Below are positions 36,565-46,080 of a stretch of 64,000 bases of DNA, one piece after another. The notes under the pieces are model-generated. The model ran no database searches, was not told where the DNA came from, and saw nothing but the letters and a program-made list of their open reading frames with translations. Source of the stretch: Gemmatimonadales bacterium (lineage in GTDB: Bacteria > Gemmatimonadota > Gemmatimonadetes > Gemmatimonadales > GWC2-71-9). A program made the translations under genes and the position numbers. Position 1 is the stretch's first letter. Each line of letters begins with the position of its first letter. The DNA lies in assembly GCA_035538515.1 (NCBI GenBank), contig DATLKF010000007.1:131438-195437 (forward strand), written 5' to 3'.

Positions 36565-37965
36565 ATGACCAACACAACCGACGTCGTCTCTGCAATTCGC
36601 GAGCTGACGAACACCAAGCAGCTCGAGCGCTCGGAGCTGCTCGACCTGCTCAAGGACGGGCTGCACGCCGCGCTGGTCAAGCGGTACGGACCCAACGTGC
36701 GGGCCGAGATCGGCATCGATGAGCTGAAAGGCACGATTCGCATTGCGGTGCTGCGCACCGTGGTCGAGAGTGTGGAAGATCCGGCGGCGCAGGTGACCCT
36801 CGAGGAAGCCCGCTTCGAGGACCCCGACTTTCAGGTGGGGGACGTCCTGGAAGAAGAGGTGCCGTTCGAGGCGTTCGGCCGTACTGCGGTGCAGGCGGCC
36901 AAGCAGCGCATTATCCAACGCGTGCGCGAAGGCGAGCGGGCGCGCATTCGCGAGGAGTTCACCGACAAGGTCGGCGATCTCCTGTCGGGAGAGGTGCAGC
37001 AGATCGAGCGCGGCAAGATCGTCGTCATGCTCGCGAAGTTTCGAGAGGCCGAGGCGATCATCCCTTATCGGGAGCAGAATCACCGCGAGCACTTCCACCA
37101 GGGTGACACGATTCGCGCCGTGTTGAAGCGCATCGAAGAGACGCCCAAAGGCCCGCGGCTCATCCTGTCGCGCGCCGACCCGCTGTTCGTCAAAGCGCTG
37201 TTCAGGCTCGAGGTGCCGGAGATCCAGCAGCAGATCGTGGAAATCCGGGCCACCGCGCGGGAAGCGGGGAGCCGCACCAAGATCGCGGTCTCGTCACGCG
37301 ACGACTCGATCGATCCGGTAGGCGCGTGCGTCGGCCTAAAGGGATCGCGCGTCCAGGCCGTCGTGAACGAGCTCGGTGGCGAGCGCATCGACATCGTGCC
37401 GTGGTCGCCCGATCCCGAGCGGTTCGCCAAGCTGTCGCTCGCCCCGGCCCGGGTCGCGAAGGTATTCTCCGATCCCGAGACCAAGACGATCCAGGCGATC
37501 GTGGACGAGGACCAGCTCTCGCTCGCCATCGGGCGCAACGGGCAGAATGTGCGGCTTGCGTCCGAGCTGACCGGCTGGAAAATCGACCTGTACTCGAGCC
37601 GCGAGTGGCTGGAGCGTGGCGGGGAAGGCCCGCTGTTCGCCCCGCTCCCCCCCGTCGAAGATGAGTCCGCCACCAAGGTCGCCCTGCGCGAGCTCAAAGG
37701 CCTGCCGGTCGAGCTGGTCGACATCCTCGAGCAGGCGGGCCACAAGACGCTGCAGGACATCCTGGACATGGAGCGCGAGGACGTCGAGAAAATCGCGGGC
37801 GTCACGCCCGAGCTCGCGGACAAGCTCATGGCTTTCCTGAACGAGATGACCGAAGAGGGCGGGGACGAGGAGGACACGCCCAGTGGCGGACCGAGTGGGG
37901 GGAGAGAGGGGGCCGCAGGTCGCCCGGCTGAGTCCGGCGGCGGCCGGCCTGCCCCAGCGGCGTGA
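36565..37965 (+). CDS. nusA: transcription termination/antitermination factor NusA
   Basis: Full-length similarity (N-terminal domain, S1, two KH domains: GACVGLKGSRVQAV, LAIGRNGQNVRLA) plus a C-terminal acidic repeat. Confidence 0.97.
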   Translation: MTNTTDVVSAIRELTNTKQLERSELLDLLKDGLHAALVKRYGPNVRAEIGIDELKGTIRIAVLRTVVESVEDPAAQVTLEEARFEDPDFQVGDVLEEEVPFEAFGRTAVQAAKQRIIQRVREGERARIREEFTDKVGDLLSGEVQQIERGKIVVMLAKFREAEAIIPYREQNHREHFHQGDTIRAVLKRIEETPKGPRLILSRADPLFVKALFRLEVPEIQQQIVEIRATAREAGSRTKIAVSSRDDSIDPVGACVGLKGSRVQAVVNELGGERIDIVPWSPDPERFAKLSLAPARVAKVFSDPETKTIQAIVDEDQLSLAIGRNGQNVRLASELTGWKIDLYSSREWLERGGEGPLFAPLPPVEDESATKVALRELKGLPVELVDILEQAGHKTLQDILDMEREDVEKIAGVTPELADKLMAFLNEMTEEGGDEEDTPSGGPSGGREGAAGRPAESGGGRPAPAA

Positions 37966-38279
37966 GCGAGCGACTGCTCCGCCTCCTCGGGCTCGGCGTG
38001 CGGGGAGGTGGAAGTGGAGGGCGTGTGGTGATCGGAGTGGCGGGAGTACGGGCGCGGCTGCAGCGGAAGGGTCTCGCCTGCGTGGTGCTCGCGGCGGACG
38101 CTTCAGCGCGCACCCGCGACAAGGTGGAGCGGCTGGCGCGCGCGCGCCGGGTGCCGGTACTGGTGGGCCCGGCGGCGGAGCGGTTGGGGGCGGCCTTGGG
38201 ACGGACGCCTGTGCAAGCGGTCGGCGTAGCGGACGCCGCGCTGGCGCAGGGGCTGGTTGGCTCTGTGGAGGGTGAGTGA
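37962..38279 (+). CDS. YlxQ-like L7Ae-family RNA-binding protein
   Basis: 105 aa between nusA and infB with the pattern LLGLG.R.G....G......L......VVLAADAS..T..K. GTGA overlaps at both ends. Confidence 0.7.
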   Translation: MSERLLRLLGLGVRGGGSGGRVVIGVAGVRARLQRKGLACVVLAADASARTRDKVERLARARRVPVLVGPAAERLGAALGRTPVQAVGVADAALAQGLVGSVEGE

Positions 38280-40900
38280 CGACGACGAGAATCCACGATC
38301 TGGCGGCTGAGTTCGGCATCTCCTCGGATCAGCTCCTGGGCATGCTCAAGGAGCAGGACATCTTCGTGCGCAGCCACCTGTCACCGCTCAAGCCCGAGCA
38401 GGTGGCGTTGATGCGCGCGCGCTGGGAGCGGGAGAAGCGCAAGCAAAAGGACGCCCCCGCGCCCCCCAAGCGGCGGCGCGCGGTGAAGGCGGTGGAGCCG
38501 GCGGCGGTCGCTCCCGAGGCGCGGCCCAAACGACGCCGCCGGACGGCGGCGGAGATGGCCGCCGCCGACGCCGAGGCCCAGGCCGAAGCGGCGCTCGAGG
38601 CGGAGCGCGAGCTCAAGGCGCGCGAAGCGCTTCAGGCGGCGAAGGACGTCGACGAAGAGGAGAAGCCCTCGCTGGAGGAGCGCGCCGCCGCCCTCTTCAG
38701 GGACCTCCCCGCCGCCGAAGAGTCGGGCCTGCCGGCACCGGTGGCCGCGGCGCCGGTAGCATCGGCCGCGCCGTCGGCCGCGGCGCCCACGTTCGCACCT
38801 GCTCCCGTCTCCCCCCGGCCGGTCATCCCCACCCCCGTGCGCCCCAAGCCGGTCGCGAGCGCCACGCCGGGTGGGCCGGTGCCGCCGCGACCGGTAGCTT
38901 CGGCCGCGCCCGGTGCGATCCCGCTAGAGGAGCGGCGCCGCGAGAAAGGGAAGAAGCGCAAGAAGGGCAAGAAGTCGCTGGTCGACCAGGAGGCGGTGGC
39001 CCAGAACATCTCGCGGACGCTCGCGTCGATCAAAGGACCGGTTGCCCGCAAGGGCGTGCACCGGCGCGAAGAGGGCCCGACGTTCCGCGATGTCGAGGAG
39101 CAGCGGCGGCGCGACGAGAAGGAGCGTGAGAAGACGCTGGTGCGCGTCACCGAGTTCATCACCGTCTCCGAGCTCGCGAACATCCTCAAGGTGCCGGCGA
39201 AGGAGATCGTCGCCTTCGCGTTCAAAGAGCTCGGGCAGATGGTGACGATCAATCAGCGGCTCGATTTCGACATGATCGAGCTGATCGCATCCGCGTTCGG
39301 GTTCCAGGCGGTCCGAGAGGAAGAGTACGCCCTCGCCGCCGCCGAAGAGCCCACCAAGGAGCAGGAAGCCGACCTGCAGCCCCGCTCGCCGGTCGTCACG
39401 GTCATGGGCCACGTCGATCACGGCAAGACGTCGTTGCTCGACTACATCCGCAAGGCCAACGTCGTGGCGGGCGAGGCCGGTGGGATCACCCAGCACATCG
39501 GCGCCTACCAGGTGAAGCTCAAGGACGGCCGCTCGATCACGTTCCTCGACACGCCGGGCCACGAGGCCTTCACCGCGATGCGCGCGCGCGGCGCGCAGGT
39601 GACGGACATCGTCGTGCTGGTGGTGGCGGCCGATGACGCCATCATGCCGCAGACCATCGAAGCGATCTCGCACGCCAAGAACGCGGGCGTCCCGATCGTC
39701 GTGGCGATCAACAAGATCGACTTGCCCACCGCCAACGTGCAAAAGGTCAAACAGGATCTGTTGGCGCATGGCGTGGTGCTCGAGGAATTCGGCGGCACCA
39801 CGCTCGCCACCCCGATCTCCGCCAAGACGGGGAAGAACGTCCAGGAGCTCCTCGACCAGATCCTGCTCCAGGCCGAGCTGCTCGATCTCAAGGCGAACCC
39901 GAAGCGGCGAGCGCACGGCACCGTGCTCGAGGCGACGCTCGATCCCGGGAAGGGGCCCCTGGCCACGATCCTCGTGCAGAACGGTACGCTGCGCGGCGGC
40001 GACGACTTCATCTGCGGGCAGTTTTACGGGCGCGTGCGCGCCATGTACGACGAGCGGGGCCAGACGGTGGAGGCTGCCGGCCCGTCCACGCCGGTGCAGG
40101 TGCTCGGCTTCGACGGCGTGCCCGAGGCGGGTGACACGTTCCAGGTCATGGAGGACGCGGCGGCCGCGCGCGACATCGCGCAGAAGCGCCAGCGCCTCGA
40201 GCGCGAGGCGCAGCACCGCCGCACCGGCCGCGTCAAAACGCTCGAAGACTTCCTGGCGGAGCGGGCGGCGGGCGGCGCCGCGACCCTGCGCATCATCATC
40301 AAGGCGGACGAGGGCGGCCCGGCGGAGGCGCTGGCCGACGCGCTGGGGCAACTCTCGACCCCGGAAGTCAAGGTCGAGGTGGTGCATCGCGGCGTGGGCG
40401 CCATCACCGATTCGGACGTGCTGCTCGCCAAGGCCTCGAACGCCATCATCGTCGGCTTCCACGTCCGGCCCGATTCCAACGCCCGCGCCTCGGCGGAGCG
40501 CGAGAAGGTGGAAATCCGCACCTACCGCATCATCTACGAGGCGGTCGAAGAGTTGAAGGCGGCCATGGAAGGGCTGCTCGCCCCCGAGAAGAAGGAAGTG
40601 GTGCTGGGCGAGGCGGAAGTCCGTCAGCTCTTCAAGATCGCCAAGGTGGGGACGATCGCCGGCAGTTTCGTCCGCGCCGGCGTCATTCCCCGTACCGCGC
40701 GGGTGCGGGTGATCCGCGAGGGCGTCGAGGTGTACGACGGAACACTCTCGTCCCTCAAGCGCTTCAAGGACGACGTGCGCGAAGTGCGCGAAGGGTTCGA
40801 GTGCGGCATCGGCGTCGAGAACTTCAACGACATCAAGGTCGGGGACCTGATCGAGGCCTACCGGATCGAGGAGGTCGCGCGCTCGTTGACGCCCGCGTGA
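38276..40900 (+). CDS. infB: translation initiation factor IF-2
   Basis: 874 aa with a low-complexity N-terminal region and the G domain GHVDHGKTSLLD, DTPGHEAF, NKID. Confidence 0.97.
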   Translation: MTTTRIHDLAAEFGISSDQLLGMLKEQDIFVRSHLSPLKPEQVALMRARWEREKRKQKDAPAPPKRRRAVKAVEPAAVAPEARPKRRRRTAAEMAAADAEAQAEAALEAERELKAREALQAAKDVDEEEKPSLEERAAALFRDLPAAEESGLPAPVAAAPVASAAPSAAAPTFAPAPVSPRPVIPTPVRPKPVASATPGGPVPPRPVASAAPGAIPLEERRREKGKKRKKGKKSLVDQEAVAQNISRTLASIKGPVARKGVHRREEGPTFRDVEEQRRRDEKEREKTLVRVTEFITVSELANILKVPAKEIVAFAFKELGQMVTINQRLDFDMIELIASAFGFQAVREEEYALAAAEEPTKEQEADLQPRSPVVTVMGHVDHGKTSLLDYIRKANVVAGEAGGITQHIGAYQVKLKDGRSITFLDTPGHEAFTAMRARGAQVTDIVVLVVAADDAIMPQTIEAISHAKNAGVPIVVAINKIDLPTANVQKVKQDLLAHGVVLEEFGGTTLATPISAKTGKNVQELLDQILLQAELLDLKANPKRRAHGTVLEATLDPGKGPLATILVQNGTLRGGDDFICGQFYGRVRAMYDERGQTVEAAGPSTPVQVLGFDGVPEAGDTFQVMEDAAAARDIAQKRQRLEREAQHRRTGRVKTLEDFLAERAAGGAATLRIIIKADEGGPAEALADALGQLSTPEVKVEVVHRGVGAITDSDVLLAKASNAIIVGFHVRPDSNARASAEREKVEIRTYRIIYEAVEELKAAMEGLLAPEKKEVVLGEAEVRQLFKIAKVGTIAGSFVRAGVIPRTARVRVIREGVEVYDGTLSSLKRFKDDVREVREGFECGIGVENFNDIKVGDLIEAYRIEEVARSLTPA

Positions 40901-41178
40901 TCGTGGGCGTGATGACGTGGGAGCTGCATCTCGCGGCGTGCCGCTCCCTGAAGGACAAGCGCCGTGTCCTCAAAAGTCTCAAGGACCGCCTCCACAACAG
41001 CTTCAACGTGTCCGCGGCGGAGACGGCCCACCATGACTTGTGGCAGCGCGCGGAGCTGACGGCATGCGTGGTCGCCACGGATCGGCGTCACGCGGAGAGC
41101 GTGCTGCGCGAGGCCGATCGCTTGATCGAGGGCGCCGACGGAGCCCGCATCGTGGACACGAGCACCAGCTTCTTCTGA
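40897..41178 (+). CDS. DUF503 family protein
   Basis: 93 aa. The L.L....SLKDKR.V.KSL.DRL...FNVS.AE pattern is typical of DUF503, which is commonly found after infB. GTGA overlap. Confidence 0.7.
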   Translation: MIVGVMTWELHLAACRSLKDKRRVLKSLKDRLHNSFNVSAAETAHHDLWQRAELTACVVATDRRHAESVLREADRLIEGADGARIVDTSTSFF

Positions 41179-41179
41179 C

Positions 41180-41539
41180 GTGATGCGACGACCGACCCAC
41201 CGCCCCGAGCGCGTTGCCGAGGCCATTCGCCAGACCGTGGCCGCCTTCCTGACGGGCGCGGTGCGCGACCCGCGCATCGGGTTCGTCACCGTGACGGCCG
41301 TGGAGGTCTCCGCGGACCTGGCGCACGCGCGCGCCCGCGTGAGCGTAATGGGGACCTACGAGGAGAAGGCGAAGACGCTCGAGGGCTTGGAGAGCGCCGC
41401 CCGGTTTCTGCGCGCGCAGCTCGCCAAGGAGCTCTCCTTGCGGGTCACGCCCGAGCTGCGCTTCGAGCTAGACCGCGGCGTGGAACACGCCCAGCGGATC
41501 GACCGCGTGCTGCGAGACCTTAAGGAGGGCGCGGGCTGA
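41180..41539 (+). CDS. rbfA: ribosome-binding factor A
   Basis: RPERVAEAIRQ...DPRIGFVTVT.VEVS.DL..A.V pattern and operon position. Confidence 0.9.
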   Translation: MMRRPTHRPERVAEAIRQTVAAFLTGAVRDPRIGFVTVTAVEVSADLAHARARVSVMGTYEEKAKTLEGLESAARFLRAQLAKELSLRVTPELRFELDRGVEHAQRIDRVLRDLKEGAG

Positions 41540-41547
41540 TCTCCGGA

Positions 41548-42417
41548 GTGGCGCTGGTCGCGAAGCGGGGCGGGGGCCCCCCCCCCGCGGACGCGCCCAC
41601 CTCGCACGACGTCGTGGACATCGTGCGATGTGCCCTCGGCACCGACCGCGTGGGCCACCTCGGCACGCTCGATCCCTTCGCGGCGGGGTTGCTCGTGATC
41701 CTCGCGGGCCGCGCCACGCGCCTGGCGGCGTTCGCGGCGGGGTGGGACAAGACGTACGAAGGGGTGATTCGCCTCGGTGTGGCGACTACCACCGACGATG
41801 CCACCGGCAAGCCGCTGGCGACGTCCGAGGGGTGGCGCGAGCTCGATCGGGAGCGGGTGGAGCAGGCGCTCGCGCGGTTTCGCGGCGGCTACGACCAGCG
41901 GCCCCCTGTGTATTCGGCGGTGAAGATCGCCGGGGAGCGGGCGTACCGTCGGGCGCGGCGGGGGGAGCCGGTGGCGCCGCCGTCGCGACGGGTCGACGTG
42001 ACGGAGCTCGAGCTGGTGCGCGTGGAGTTGCCAGACGTGGTGTTCCGCGCCACCGTGAGCGGCGGGACGTACGTCCGCAGCCTTGCGCGCGACGTGGGTG
42101 CGACGCTCGGGTGCGGCGCTCACCTCGCGGCGCTGACCCGCACGCGGGTGGGCCCGTATCGGCTCGCCGAGGCCATCGCACCGGAGACGGTCACGGCGCG
42201 CGACCTGCGAGATCCCGCCGAGCTCGTCGCCGGGCTGCCGCGGCGGGAGCTGGACGAAGCCGGCCGCGACGCGGTGATCCATGGACGTCCGATCCCCGCC
42301 GGCGACGGCGCGGCCGGGTCTGGACACGTGGCCCTGTTTTCGGGGGGGCACCTCGTCGCGGTGGCCGTGCGGGTCGGGGACCTGCTCAAGCCCCGGGTCG
42401 TGGTAGCCGAGTCGTGA
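41548..42417 (+). CDS. truB: tRNA pseudouridine(55) synthase
   Basis: TSHDVV and GHLGTLDPFAAGLLVI (catalytic Asp) motifs. Confidence 0.9.
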   Translation: MALVAKRGGGPPPADAPTSHDVVDIVRCALGTDRVGHLGTLDPFAAGLLVILAGRATRLAAFAAGWDKTYEGVIRLGVATTTDDATGKPLATSEGWRELDRERVEQALARFRGGYDQRPPVYSAVKIAGERAYRRARRGEPVAPPSRRVDVTELELVRVELPDVVFRATVSGGTYVRSLARDVGATLGCGAHLAALTRTRVGPYRLAEAIAPETVTARDLRDPAELVAGLPRRELDEAGRDAVIHGRPIPAGDGAAGSGHVALFSGGHLVAVAVRVGDLLKPRVVVAES

Positions 42418-43322
42418 CCGGCACGGTCGCCACCGTTGGGACGTTCGACGGAATCCACCGCGGGCATCAGGCCGTGCTCGCGGAGGTGATGCGGCGCGGG
42501 CGTGCGACGGGTTGTCGCAGCCTGCTCGTGACGTTCGATCCGCACCCGCTCGAGGTGGTGAACCCGAGCGCAGCGCCGCAGCTCTTGACGTTGCCGGAAG
42601 AGAAACGCGTGCTCGCGACGCGCCTCGGAATCGAGCGGGTGGAAGTGCTTCCGTTCACACCGGCGCTCGCGCGGCTCGGGCCGGAAGAGTTCGTGCGGGA
42701 CATCCTGCGGGCGCGGTTCGGGATGGAGCAGCTGGTCCTGGGGTACGACCACGGGTTCGGGCGCGGGCGCGCGGGGGACGTCGAGCTGGTGCGGCGGCTG
42801 GCCCGCGAAGACGGCTTCGTGATGGAGGTGGTGGCGGCCGTGACGGAGGACGGGCAGCCGATTTCGTCCTCTCTGATCCGCACGGCGGTGGCGCACGGCG
42901 ACTTGAGCTCAGCGGCCCGGGCCCTGGGCCGACCGTACAGCCTGCGGGGAACGGTGGAGCGAGGTGCCGGGCGGGGGCGGACCATTGGGGTGCCCACGAT
43001 CAACCTGGTCCCCCCCGATGCGCGGAAGCTGCTCCCGCCGGATGGAGTCTACGCCGTCCGGGTAGAAGTGTCGGGGAAGGGGGAAACGGACCAGACGAAG
43101 TATGGTGGGATGATGAATCAGGGTGCGCGGCCGACGTTCGGTGTGCACACGCGCGGGCTCGAGATTCATCTGTTCGACTTCACCGGCGATCTGTACGGTG
43201 AGACGGTGACTGTCGAGTGGGTGGGCCGGCTGCGCGACGTGCAGACCTTCACCTCACGCCAGGCGCTGGTCGACCAGATCGAGCGCGACGCAGTAGCCGC
43301 GCGCGCGATCCTCAACGGATAG
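42414..43322 (+). CDS. ribF: bifunctional riboflavin kinase / FMN adenylyltransferase
   Basis: GTFDGIHRGHQ, the SSS.IR motif and a C-terminal riboflavin kinase domain (GRTIGVPTINL). GTGA overlap with truB. Confidence 0.9.
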   Translation: MTGTVATVGTFDGIHRGHQAVLAEVMRRGRATGCRSLLVTFDPHPLEVVNPSAAPQLLTLPEEKRVLATRLGIERVEVLPFTPALARLGPEEFVRDILRARFGMEQLVLGYDHGFGRGRAGDVELVRRLAREDGFVMEVVAAVTEDGQPISSSLIRTAVAHGDLSSAARALGRPYSLRGTVERGAGRGRTIGVPTINLVPPDARKLLPPDGVYAVRVEVSGKGETDQTKYGGMMNQGARPTFGVHTRGLEIHLFDFTGDLYGETVTVEWVGRLRDVQTFTSRQALVDQIERDAVAARAILNG

Positions 43323-43329
43323 AGGCGCG

Positions 43330-44988
43330 ATGTTTCGCACGATTCGTTCACGAATGATCGTCACCGCGGGACTGCTGGTCCTCAGCATCTGGCAGCTGAT
43401 CCCGACCAACGTGACGCGGCGCGTCCGGGATACCGAGACCGGTCGCATGAAGGACACCACCGAGCGTCGGGTCCCGATCAACCTCGGCCTCGATCTGCAG
43501 GGCGGCATTCACCTGGCCCTCGAGGTCGACCAGTCCAAGGGTCCCGTGCCCGACTGCGCGGACGCGATCCAGCGTGCGCAGCGGGTGGTGCGGACCCGGA
43601 TCGACGAGTTCGGCACCACCGAGCCCGTCGTGCAGCTGCAGGGGCGCTGCCGCCTCATCGTCGAGCTGGCCGGGGAAAAAGACCCGACGCGCGCCAAGGG
43701 TATCATCCAGCGGACGGCGTTCCTCGAGTTCCGCATCACCGACATGAAGAACCTGTTTCGTGACGCCTTGCCCGACATCGACAAGGCGCTCCGGCGGGCC
43801 GGGGTGAAGGTCGCGGGTCAGGCGGCCCCCGCGGCGAGCGTCACGCAGCTGTTCGGCACCGATACCGGCAAAGCGAAGGCGAAGAAGCCCGCGAAGGGAA
43901 AAGCCGTCGTACCGGACACTAGCGACCTCAACGCCCCGGGCGCACTGTCGTCGCTGCTGTTCCAGGGCCAGCTGCCCGGTGAGTATCTCGTGCCGGAGGA
44001 GCAGGTGCCGGTGGCGGAAAGCCTGTTGGCCCGGCCCGACGTGCAGCGACTCATTCCGCGGGGCATCCAGCTCAAGTGGGGCACGGAGGTGCTGTCGCGG
44101 GCCGCTCGCACCTACCGCGCGCTGTATGCGGTCGAGGATCGCCCCATCATCACGGGTGAAGAGTTGCAGGACGCGAAGGCCACGCGCGACCCGCTCACCA
44201 ACCAGTCCGTGGTGAACTTCACCTTGTCGCGACGCGGTGGGCGGATCTTCGAGCGCGAGACCGGGCGTCACGTGAACGACTACATGGCGATCATCCTGGA
44301 CGACCGGGTGCAGGGACAGCCGCCGGTCATCAAGAGCCAGATCGGCCAACACGGGCAGATCGAGCTGGGCGCGAAACCGTTGCAGGACGCCCAGGACCTG
44401 GCGCTGGTGCTCAAGGCCGGCGCCCTTCCCGCGCCGCTGACCATCATCGAGGAGCGCACCATCGGTCCGTCGCTCGGTCAGGACTCGATCAAGGACGGCA
44501 TCCACGCCGGGATCGTGGGCGTGGCTCTGGTCGTGCTGATCATGATTACCTACTATCGCTGGTCGGGCGCGCTCGCCGTGGCGGCGCTCGCTCTGTATGT
44601 CGTGTTCACGCTGGCGGGGCTGGCGGGCTTCGGCTTCACGTTGACGTTACCGGGGCTCGCCGGGCTGGTGCTCTCGGTGGGGATCGCCGTGGACGCCAAC
44701 GTGCTGATCTTCGAGCGCATCCGCGAGGAATTGCAGCACGACAAGCTGGTGCGTACCGCCGTGGACGAGGGGTTCAAACACGCCATGAGCGCCATCATCG
44801 ACTCGAACGTCAGCACGATGCTCACGGCGTTCATTCTGTATCTGGTCGGCACCGGCCCGGTGCAGGGCTTCGCCATCACGCTGATCATCGGCATCGCGGC
44901 ATCGATGATCACGGCCGTCTTCGTGGTTCGGACTTTCTACATGATCTGGCTCGACCGGCGGCCGGACATGGCCACGCTGAGCGTCTGA
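43330..44988 (+). CDS. secD: protein translocase subunit SecD
   Basis: 552 aa: N-terminal TM, large periplasmic domain and a C-terminal 5-TM block with LGLDLQGG and GPSLG motifs. Confidence 0.93.
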   Translation: MFRTIRSRMIVTAGLLVLSIWQLIPTNVTRRVRDTETGRMKDTTERRVPINLGLDLQGGIHLALEVDQSKGPVPDCADAIQRAQRVVRTRIDEFGTTEPVVQLQGRCRLIVELAGEKDPTRAKGIIQRTAFLEFRITDMKNLFRDALPDIDKALRRAGVKVAGQAAPAASVTQLFGTDTGKAKAKKPAKGKAVVPDTSDLNAPGALSSLLFQGQLPGEYLVPEEQVPVAESLLARPDVQRLIPRGIQLKWGTEVLSRAARTYRALYAVEDRPIITGEELQDAKATRDPLTNQSVVNFTLSRRGGRIFERETGRHVNDYMAIILDDRVQGQPPVIKSQIGQHGQIELGAKPLQDAQDLALVLKAGALPAPLTIIEERTIGPSLGQDSIKDGIHAGIVGVALVVLIMITYYRWSGALAVAALALYVVFTLAGLAGFGFTLTLPGLAGLVLSVGIAVDANVLIFERIREELQHDKLVRTAVDEGFKHAMSAIIDSNVSTMLTAFILYLVGTGPVQGFAITLIIGIAASMITAVFVVRTFYMIWLDRRPDMATLSV

Positions 44989-44989
44989 G

Positions 44990-46000
44990 ATGATTCGACT
45001 CTTCGCCAACGCCGACTACGACTTCATCAAGTGGCGCCGCTGGGCGTACGGGCTCACGGCCGCGATCATCATTCCCGGGTTCTCGCTGTTCCTGGGGCGC
45101 GGCTTGAACTATTCGATCGAGTTCACCGGCGGTACGCTCATCCAGGTGCAGACGCCGCAGCCCGTGGGGACCGAGCGCATCCGCGGCGCGCTCGACGCAG
45201 CGGGCATCCGCGACGCCGAGATCCAGCAATTCGGCGCGCCCAACGAGTATGTGATCCGCGCCCGGCTCGGCCGCGCGAACGCCGCCGTCGAGGGGTCCAC
45301 GGAAACGACCGCGGCGGCGGTCGACTCGGCGCTGGCGCGGAGCCTGGGGCCCCCGCCCGAGCACTATAAGATCCTGCGCACCGAGGCGGTGGGTCCGAAG
45401 GTGGGTCGCGAGCTGCAGGGCAAAGCGTTCCTCGCCATTTTCTTCTCGTTCATTGTTACGCTCGTGTACCTCGCGATCCGGTTCGAGTGGCGCTTTGGGC
45501 TGGCCGCGGTGCTCGCGACGTTCCACGACATCCTGACCACGATCGCGTTCATCCGCTATTTGGACCTCGAGGTGAGCCTCGTCGTGGTTGGCGCGGTATT
45601 GACGATGGTGGGGTACTCGCTCAACGACACCATCATCATTTTCGACCGGGTGCGTGAAAACCTGCGCAAGTTCCGGCGCCAGAACCTGTACGAGATCCTC
45701 AACCTCTCCATCAACGAGACGCTGCCGCGCTCCGTGCTGACGCACGGCACCACGATGGCGACCACGCTGGCGCTGGTGCTGCTCGCGGGCGAGGTGCTGC
45801 GGCCGTTCGCGCTCGTGATGACGTTCGCCATTTTCACGGGGACGTTCTCGTCGATCTACATCGCCGCGCCGATCCTCATGTACATCGAGAGGCGCTGGCC
45901 CGGCCAGGATGCACGCGGCGCCCGGGCGTTCAAGCCGGCAGCGGAACCCGAGCGAGCGCCCGCGAGCATTCCCGGGCCTCGGTCGAAAGCGCCGGTGTAA
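44990..46000 (+). CDS. secF: protein translocase subunit SecF
   Basis: Immediately follows secD. GLNYSIEFTGGT and GYSLNDTIIIFDRVRE motifs. Confidence 0.93.
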   Translation: MIRLFANADYDFIKWRRWAYGLTAAIIIPGFSLFLGRGLNYSIEFTGGTLIQVQTPQPVGTERIRGALDAAGIRDAEIQQFGAPNEYVIRARLGRANAAVEGSTETTAAAVDSALARSLGPPPEHYKILRTEAVGPKVGRELQGKAFLAIFFSFIVTLVYLAIRFEWRFGLAAVLATFHDILTTIAFIRYLDLEVSLVVVGAVLTMVGYSLNDTIIIFDRVRENLRKFRRQNLYEILNLSINETLPRSVLTHGTTMATTLALVLLAGEVLRPFALVMTFAIFTGTFSSIYIAAPILMYIERRWPGQDARGARAFKPAAEPERAPASIPGPRSKAPV

Positions 46001-46080
46001 CGGTGACCGGGGTTCGGTGTCCGGTGTCCGGGACCGCTAGGATGTGACACCGGACACCGGACCCCGGACCCCGGTCACCG
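46001..46080. repeat. Heptamer-unit palindrome (GGTGTCC / GGACACC) filling the secF-tatD spacer
   Basis: The left arm CGGTGACCGGGGTTCGGTGTCCGGTGTCCGGG (46001-46032) pairs with ACACCGGACACCGGACCCCGGACCCCGGTCACCG (46047-46080). The 14-nt loop ACCGCTAGGATGTG contains the tatD GTG. Confidence 0.9.
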
